DNA from: Candidatus Saccharimonas aalborgensis
Lineage (GTDB): Bacteria > Patescibacteriota > Saccharimonadia > Saccharimonadales > Saccharimonadaceae
Direction of reading: 5' to 3'
Assembly (NCBI RefSeq): GCF_000392435.1
Contig: NC_021219.1
Location: 270,001-302,000, forward strand
DNA length: 32,000 bases
Shown: positions 26,280 through 32,000 of the stretch, in pieces
How the letters are laid out: the number at the start of each line of letters is the position of its first letter
Position numbering within the stretch: position 1 is the stretch's first letter
Program-made: the position numbers and the translations under genes
Notes under the pieces: generated by a model
Told to the model about the DNA's origin: nothing
The model's input: only the letters and a program-made list of their open reading frames with translations
The model's database searches: none

Positions 26280-26367
26280 GGTCACATTCTGCGACCCCCG
26301 AACTTCGCGATTGACAGCGTAGCTGTCATCGGAAGGTTCGTTTCCGAACTGCCACTGGCAGTTCTCA
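26280..26367 (-). repeat. tRNA-associated structured repeat, copy C (~88 nt)
   Basis: Minus strand: TGAGAACTGCCAGTGGCAGTTCGGAAACGAACCTTCCGATGACAGCTACGCTGTCAATCGCGAAGTTCGGGGGTCGCAGAATGTGACC. It is followed by CTGCCTCTT, which matches the tRNA-Lys anticodon-arm sequence. Confidence 0.75.
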
Positions 26368-26392
26368 CTCTAACCAGCTGAGCTACTGGCCC
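26368..26392 (-). pseudogene. 5' fragment of tRNA-Lys (acceptor strand + D arm, 25 nt)
   Basis: The minus-strand sequence GGGCCAGTAGCTCAGCTGGTTAGAG is identical to nt 1-25 of the intact tRNA-Lys. It is then interrupted by repeat copy C. Confidence 0.75.
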
Positions 26393-26504
26393 ATACCTCG
26401 GAAAAGTATAGCAAACAGAGGCCAATTTGTAAATATTACCTCTCGCCTTGTATCCAAAGATGCTCAGGGTTATACTCTATACATAGCTAGTGAGGAGAGT
26501 AGCC

Positions 26505-27863
26505 ATGTTAAAAAAACTTTTACTGTTCGTTGCAATTATTATTGGTTCGTTTGTTCAAAGCTCTCCTTCACAAGCCCTCTCGCTCATTAACGGTCAAACG
26601 CATTTCTACACTGTCCAGTTCCGTAGCGATAGCCGTGCGATTGTGTATGCAAAGTTCGTGTTCCAAAATAGTAGTATGACCGTCAGTCGCGATACCTACA
26701 CATTCACCTTGCCTGACGGCATATCAGTAGAAAACCTCACTACAGACCAAATCCTTGTCAAGTCGAACCCGGTTGTTGTTCGTTGCATCAAGGAGCCGTG
26801 TCCCGAATCTCTTCCTGCGGATGACACATACAGTGACAATACGGACTTCCTGAGTTCATCATCCGCAAATTATTACGATTACTACTCCCCAAGTTACCGC
26901 TACACATCTGCCTACACTTACCAACCACTTAGCTACGATACGTCCGGTACAACCTATACACTAAAACTCGCTCATCCCATCAAACCCGGCAAACAGGGAG
27001 CAATTCTGGTCACATTCACAACCGATAGCTATGCCAAAAGCATGTTTGGCCGTTTCTCGTACACCTTCAAAACTCTCAAAACTGATGAGTTGATCGATAA
27101 CGCTAATGTTGCGATCGTGTTTGACCAAGAGCTCTACTCCAGAGATGTTACCCAAAAACGGACGACAGATTCCTCAAGCACACCCACAATCAACAGCGGA
27201 GCCTCGACGTCCTCTACGGGTAAATCACTCGACTCTCTCATCGGTACGATTGGACGGGGCGGAGCCTACACTAGGGTACAGAGCAGACTGTTACCAGGTG
27301 ACATTATGTCTGTTTCGGGGGTATACGCTACAACTCCATTTATGCTCTATTTCACTGAGATTATCGTCTGGTGTCTCGTGCTAATTGCCGTCATTGCTGC
27401 TGCATGGGTTGGTCGACAGATGTGGCATTTACGTCACCCCAAGTCTGTCAGTTCCGACCATACTCATGATACTCAGCATGCAGCAGTATCGGCTTCTTCA
27501 CCGCAGCGACACCTCACAAGCCTGCATCTTTTGGCTGTTTCTGCAGCCAGCGCAGCAGGCTCCATCATTACCGTCATTATCATTATCGGTCTGGCATCAC
27601 TCCACGGAAATAGTTGGTCGTGGAGCATAGGTGAGCAAATTGTCTTGACGCTGTATAGCCTATCTGCATTCTTTATGACAATGTTTGCATTCCCCTATAG
27701 CTACCTGTCGAGGATAAATAGACAGCAGCTATTTAGCTGGTTCATCATTCATTTTGTTGTTATCACGATACTCACACTCTGCGCCATGCTCATCCTAAGT
27801 GCGATCAATCAACATTCGGCGCCTATTCCTGCCATTGGCACAATCGACGATCGTGTTTACTAA
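26505..27863 (+). CDS. hypothetical protein: signal peptide, ~290-aa extracytoplasmic region, C-terminal polytopic membrane domain
   Basis: I moved the start to ATG 26505, which is preceded by GAGGAGAG; this gives 452 aa. It has the signal peptide MLKKLLLFVAIIIGSFVQSSPSQALS, S/T-rich linkers and several C-terminal transmembrane helices. No motif recognised. Confidence 0.65.
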   Translation: MLKKLLLFVAIIIGSFVQSSPSQALSLINGQTHFYTVQFRSDSRAIVYAKFVFQNSSMTVSRDTYTFTLPDGISVENLTTDQILVKSNPVVVRCIKEPCPESLPADDTYSDNTDFLSSSSANYYDYYSPSYRYTSAYTYQPLSYDTSGTTYTLKLAHPIKPGKQGAILVTFTTDSYAKSMFGRFSYTFKTLKTDELIDNANVAIVFDQELYSRDVTQKRTTDSSSTPTINSGASTSSTGKSLDSLIGTIGRGGAYTRVQSRLLPGDIMSVSGVYATTPFMLYFTEIIVWCLVLIAVIAAAWVGRQMWHLRHPKSVSSDHTHDTQHAAVSASSPQRHLTSLHLLAVSAASAAGSIITVIIIIGLASLHGNSWSWSIGEQIVLTLYSLSAFFMTMFAFPYSYLSRINRQQLFSWFIIHFVVITILTLCAMLILSAINQHSAPIPAIGTIDDRVY

Positions 27864-28406
27864 AAAACTCCCTTGCTGAGGGAGCACCCGGAAGGATATC
27901 GCTGCGCTCCTTCGCTCAAAAGGGACACGTGCGAGCACGAGTTTCTTTTTTCGCTACGCCGAACCTTGACGGTTCTCGCATTCTTGCAGAATGCTACCAA
28001 GAGAATAGACCCATCGTTGATGAGTCTATTCTCTTGGTACACCACTGATAAGAAAGTTTACACACAACTCAAGCAAGAAGGTAGACGCTGGCGAGAGATA
28101 TTAGACCCTATGTACAGAGAGTATAAATTACAGATACACAGTCGTGATTAGTATATTCCCAGCCTGAATGTACACCTAGTAATAGAAGTATAAGTAAGTG
28201 TCTAAGTTTTTAGATGTTTGTTTGTGTTTCTATTGTTTGTTGCATACGTGGGGTGGCGTAGGGGCAGCCAAGCCTAGCAGTGCAAGTCCTGTTTATGGGC
28301 TACTACTGTATGCCATAAGCATAACATAAGCAAAAAACTAAAACTCAATACTTCTACCCCTGTAAATCGGCGGATTCCTAGCGGTTTTGGGTATCTACGT
28401 GCATAT

Positions 28407-29180
28407 TCATTTGACGGTGTTAGCTTTCAGTGCCGTAACAATACCCTGAGTTTCTATAGCCTGATTGAGATTGGTTATAACTGAGGTATTCTCCATCAAT
28501 AATATGAGGTCATTTTTATCCTTACCCATCGTTTCATTCATCAACTTCGAGTATTCCCACAGCAGTGTACCGCCTAGGTTCCCTGAATTGGCATTTGAAA
28601 GAGGTAAACTTCCATATTTTCTAGACAGTTCACCTATTAGTCTATTAAGTTCAGTGTATGCTTTTTGCTCAAGTTCTGGGGGATTGCTGTTTTTTGCTAT
28701 TGTTCGCAATACCTCACTAATAAACTCTCGGCTTTTGCGAGGCTCAACAGATGCGTCTTGAAGCTCTCGCATGAGCATTATAATGCAGAATCCCATGATC
28801 CGAACTACAAGGGTGTTCGCTTGAGCCTCTGTTAGATGGTGTTTTTCTTGTAAATCATTAACTATTCTTATTGTTACGCCTTGCAAAATTGTGCCATAAG
28901 CATCAGGATTTTTCGTTCTTGCTGTGGTTTTTGTCTGTTCTTTCGTGGGATTAGATTTACTATGCCTAGAGATAGTGCGTTGCTTGGTGCTACTGTGTCG
29001 CTCATTTTTTCGTGTCCACGATAAACCAAATCCACGCAGTATGATAACTAATGCACAAGCCTGAATAATGCTAACCATTAGACCACCGCCAATCTGTGAG
29101 CGTAGTGATGTTATGGCAACTAATAAGATTATGCCTACAATAATGAGGGGTATGTTCTTAGTTCTGTTCTTGGTCTTCAT
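28407..29180 (-). CDS. hypothetical membrane-anchored protein (low-GC block)
   Basis: 257 aa with two N-terminal transmembrane helices, a basic S/T/K-rich linker and a helical C-terminal domain. It is the last gene of a three-gene minus-strand array. Confidence 0.55.
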   Translation of the reverse strand: MKTKNRTKNIPLIIVGIILLVAITSLRSQIGGGLMVSIIQACALVIILRGFGLSWTRKNERHSSTKQRTISRHSKSNPTKEQTKTTARTKNPDAYGTILQGVTIRIVNDLQEKHHLTEAQANTLVVRIMGFCIIMLMRELQDASVEPRKSREFISEVLRTIAKNSNPPELEQKAYTELNRLIGELSRKYGSLPLSNANSGNLGGTLLWEYSKLMNETMGKDKNDLILLMENTSVITNLNQAIETQGIVTALKANTVK

Positions 29181-29197
29181 TTGCTTGCCTTCTCCTA

Positions 29198-29851
29198 CTA
29201 TGGGTTACAGTTTATTGATGATAGATTCTGGTAATACTGAGTCTGTAGCTGTGCAAGCCTCGCATCGTGAGCAGGCTTGTTTTCGTTAATCATACTCTGG
29301 ACATAGCCGCTAAATGCTCCGCCGACACCGTTTCCAGCAGCGTAGTTGTTCCAAGCCTCTATCTGGTTATACCAAATAGCATTTTCTGCATTCACCTTTG
29401 AATTGTAGAGGCTTGTATATGATGACTTCATAGTCTCGTTACACGTTGGAGCAGTGACGGGGGTCGGGGCTATAGTCGTAGTTGTAGTTTGCTGTGGGGT
29501 TGTAGGAGTTTGCGTTGGCTGAGTCGTGGTAGTCTCGGTATTTTGTGTCGTTTTCTTTATTGGATTAGTGGCGACCGGTTCATTAGCTGTCTGCTCTGCT
29601 GGCGTTGTGTCTATCTGTTCGCTATCGCTAGACGTAAACGGCTTGCTATCAGTATCACCTGCAACATTGCCACTTTCGCTAGTCGTACTATGAGTTGATG
29701 TCTCGTTCTTGTTTGGCGTTGCCACCATTACCGCAACTGTCGCAGTACCTGCAATTATGCCAATAGCAGAAGCTACAATTACTAGCTGTATGACAAGGCT
29801 GCTCTCCTTGAAGAATGTAGTGAATCGTCCTAAATGGTGTGTGATTTTCAT
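29198..29851 (-). CDS. hypothetical membrane-anchored protein with Thr/Gln/Pro-rich linker (low-GC block)
   Basis: 217 aa. It has an N-terminal transmembrane helix (VIQLVIVASAIGIIAGTATVAVMVA) and a mucin-like linker (TTQNTETTTTQPTQTPTTPQQTTTTTIAPTPVTAPT). The ~85-aa C-terminal domain is bracketed by two Cys. Confidence 0.55.
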   Translation of the reverse strand: MKITHHLGRFTTFFKESSLVIQLVIVASAIGIIAGTATVAVMVATPNKNETSTHSTTSESGNVAGDTDSKPFTSSDSEQIDTTPAEQTANEPVATNPIKKTTQNTETTTTQPTQTPTTPQQTTTTTIAPTPVTAPTCNETMKSSYTSLYNSKVNAENAIWYNQIEAWNNYAAGNGVGGAFSGYVQSMINENKPAHDARLAQLQTQYYQNLSSINCNP

Positions 29852-29856
29852 ATTGT

Positions 29857-30780
29857 TTATCTGCTAACACGCACTAAACGTGTCTCACCATTATAAGTGA
29901 CTTTTAAATCAATGTTCTTTTCGTCATTTCTAACATCTGCTTTAATCTCGCCCTGTCTGGTTATGCCTTTGTTTATATCACCGCCTAGGTCAGATTGACT
30001 GTATGGCTTATAGGCATAATTAAAAGGTGGAACATAGCGGTCGCTTAATAATGAATCATAATCGAAGTGTGTTTCATCCGTCTTAAGTTCTCTCCCGCTA
30101 TCGGGTAGCAGAGAGATACTAATCTTTGAACTGTCCACATTACTATTAGCGGTCAATTCATAGTTGAGAGTTAATCGTTGATTATTTGCAATGTATTTAT
30201 TAATAGAGGTGCGTGAATCGTTTCTCCACTCACAATACCGCCTAGTGGGGTGGTCTTTTTCCCACTTTTCTTCATCATGGAACACCCATTTGCCAGTAGC
30301 CTCATTGAAATAATCTTCTGGTTGATTGTTATCTTCTGGGTATTTAGAACAATCCTCACTTACGCCCAAGTCTCCGTATCTGCTGACCTTATCTTGTGGA
30401 ACATTAATCTCTACAGTTTTAAACGAAGGTTCTTTTATAGATAGCGTAAAGTCTGAAAAATTAATTACATCACTAGTGCTATAAATCTTATCGTTTAGAT
30501 GTTGCTGGTACTTGTTGTAGGTAAAGAATCCGCCAGATACTAGCAGGAGTAGCAGGACTGGTAATACAAGCCATTTAATGGACTTCTTGCCCTTAGACCT
30601 AACTACGTTTACTGCAAAAAACGTATAAGCAGATAGTAAGATAATTGAACCCATAATCAGAGACAAGCCAATAGTGCTAGATGGGTCAATGAAGAAAGAT
30701 GGTATCAGAATACCTAATACAAGAATAGTTAATCCTATAACTACTAGGTGTACGGGTTTGATGCTTAGTTTTTTACTCAT
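29857..30780 (-). CDS. hypothetical membrane protein with extracytoplasmic C-terminal domain (low-GC block)
   Basis: I moved the start to ATG 30780, which is preceded by AAGGAG; this gives 307 aa. It has three N-terminal transmembrane helices. The soluble domain (FSDFTLSIKEPSFKTVEINVPQD...) is vaguely DUF4352-like, at low confidence. Confidence 0.6.
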   Translation of the reverse strand: MSKKLSIKPVHLVVIGLTILVLGILIPSFFIDPSSTIGLSLIMGSIILLSAYTFFAVNVVRSKGKKSIKWLVLPVLLLLLVSGGFFTYNKYQQHLNDKIYSTSDVINFSDFTLSIKEPSFKTVEINVPQDKVSRYGDLGVSEDCSKYPEDNNQPEDYFNEATGKWVFHDEEKWEKDHPTRRYCEWRNDSRTSINKYIANNQRLTLNYELTANSNVDSSKISISLLPDSGRELKTDETHFDYDSLLSDRYVPPFNYAYKPYSQSDLGGDINKGITRQGEIKADVRNDEKNIDLKVTYNGETRLVRVSR

Positions 30781-31152
30781 TTGTTTTGACTCCTTAAATA
30801 AAAAGCGACAACTCGCTAGGTTGTCTAGGCCAAACACAAAGAGCTGAGCTCCTGAGTCTTTCACGAGTTGCCGCATTTATAGCTCAACTACGTGTGAGAA
30901 CTCACACCATTCTTTGTGTATAACCTAGACAATTACAATTGTACAACATACCCCTCAAAACGCAAAACAGGCGTTCTAAAATAAAAGATGACTATCTACC
31001 CATTTCAACAATAAAAACGTCTAATTCGATTCAGGCTCAGGGGTGTTTCTTGCAATGTTGGGTATTCTAGCAGGGTCTATTTACTAGCATGAAAACATTG
31101 ACAATTCAATACTATTGTTGTCTATACTACAACATATTTTAGCATAAGCCTA

Positions 31153-31181
31153 TTGACTTTTAGCCTCAAGTTTGATATAAT
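31153..31181 (+). promoter_or_regulatory. near-consensus sigma70 promoter (TTGACT-17-TGnTATAAT)
   Basis: The -35 is TTGACT at 31153-31158, the spacer is 17 nt, and the extended -10 TGATATAAT carries TATAAT at 31176-31181. Confidence 0.55.
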
Positions 31182-31187
31182 ACCAGC

Positions 31188-31285
31188 ATAGTAAACGAAG
31201 CAATTTCGTAGACCACTCGGTCAAGTTCTATACTCACAATTAGCCCATCTAGGTGAATCACCTCGAATCGGGCATTTTTTATTTT
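31188..31285 (+). ncRNA. candidate small RNA (~100 nt) between strong promoter and intrinsic terminator
   Basis: There is no ATG-initiated ORF in this stretch. A terminator-like imperfect stem GCCCATCTAGGTG-AAT-CACCTCGAATCGGGC (31243-31273) is followed by ATTTTTTATTTT (31274-31285). Confidence 0.35.
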
Positions 31286-31809
31286 CAGCGAGTTTGCGTC
31301 TCGTTTGTGGGATTTGCTATATCAAAATATCTAATAACAACCATAAAGCATGCCTCAATATGCAGGTGTCAATTTGGTGTGGTCGAAAGGAATAAGAATG
31401 ACCAACCAACAACCAGAAGATGAGCGTATAACACTCACAGAGATGTTAGAGATTATCTTCACAACCATACGGGAATACGAAGGCGAAACTGGTATTTTCC
31501 GAAACCATAATAAGAAGCAGTAGCTCGCATGAATGGTGATATAGTGAGCCGTTATTTTGACGGTAATGTGCAGGATTTGAAGAAGTCCAAGCCTAGCCAA
31601 GAAGCACTGGAACAAGCTAGGTTTTTTCTCTCACTTTTTAAGCATCAAAAGTTGATTTTACAGGGGTGAAAGAGTACAATTAGAAGTGCTACAATATAAT
31701 GACATTAGTTGAAGATACAGACGGCGGTTTCTGGTTTCCTGTCATTAGGATGTAGCACTAGGAGCCGCCGTTTGTGTATCTAAAACTAATTACAAGGAGT
31801 ATTAAAATA

Positions 31810-32000
31810 ATGAAAAACGACAATCAAAAAGTAAAGGCTATAGCACTCTGTCGAGTGTCTACGGTCAAGCAAGGTATTGAGGGGTCAAGCCTTGAAGCAC
31901 AAGAAACACGAGTTTATGACGCAGCAGCGTATTTTAACGCTGAGATAGTGAAGTTATGGAGCATTAAACAGTCTAGTCGCAAGGGTAAAAACTACCAACG
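31810..32000 (+). CDS. serine recombinase (resolvase-type catalytic domain; probably a large serine recombinase), N-terminal part, runs off right edge
   Basis: ATG at 31810 follows AAGGAG (31794-31799). The translation is MKNDNQKVKAIALCRVSTVKQGIEGSSLEAQETRVYDAAAYFNAEIV.... The (A/Y)xRVSTxxQ catalytic-Ser motif and the SLxxQ motif are both present. Confidence 0.8.
   Translation, partial: MKNDNQKVKAIALCRVSTVKQGIEGSSLEAQETRVYDAAAYFNAEIVKLWSIKQSSRKGKNYQ

Noticed and set aside
27873-28151. 92-aa ORF in the hairpin-rich gap after the 452-aa membrane-protein gene.
   Set aside because: It has a non-ATG start, no ribosome-binding site, and is threaded through four perfect hairpins. It is more likely non-coding. 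I keep it only as a caveat to the hairpin finding.
31355-31615. 86-aa minus-strand ORF opposite the micro-ORFs.
   Set aside because: Its composition is hydrophobic and Cys/Ile-rich junk, it has no ribosome-binding site, and it is antisense to better-supported plus-strand features.

Overview
This is a chromosomal segment of roughly 47% GC, estimated from my own spot counts of 60-nt lines. Its gene content is a reduced housekeeping set, a type IV pilin, an LPXTG sortase-substrate surface protein, an RpfB-like G5 wall hydrolase and the lower-glycolysis genes pyk-pgk-tpiA. That content fits a small-genome bacterium with a Gram-positive-type envelope, most plausibly a CPR/Patescibacteria lineage such as Saccharibacteria. 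This assignment is inference; no database search was possible. Positions 1-14.8 kb form one long minus-strand housekeeping array (tatD, metG, pgeF, rsmA, G5 hydrolase, pcrA, tpiA, pgk, pyk, GH5, VIT1), with several ATGA stop/start overlaps. Three things are not ordinary. (1) A ~2.1 kb island at ~15.85-17.9 kb has 63-77% GC per 60-nt line. It carries two GC3-rich genes of unknown function and sits between AT-rich flanks, downstream of a near-consensus AT-rich promoter and a long structured leader. Its composition resembles the high-GC Actinobacteria that host cultured Saccharibacteria. (2) Three ~88-90 nt structured repeats form a family with compensatory base-pair changes. Each is fused to a fragment of tRNA-Glu or tRNA-Lys and lies beside an intact, separately promoted copy of that tRNA. 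I do not recognise this element family. (3) A low-GC block (~28.1-31.8 kb) holds three membrane-anchored hypothetical genes, a candidate small RNA and two micro-ORFs. A large-serine-recombinase gene begins at its right end and runs off the window. Other content: a sensor kinase / GNAT-like protein / orphan receiver cluster, folD, and two large membrane proteins of unknown function. I saw no rRNA, no CRISPR array and no recognisable transposase.
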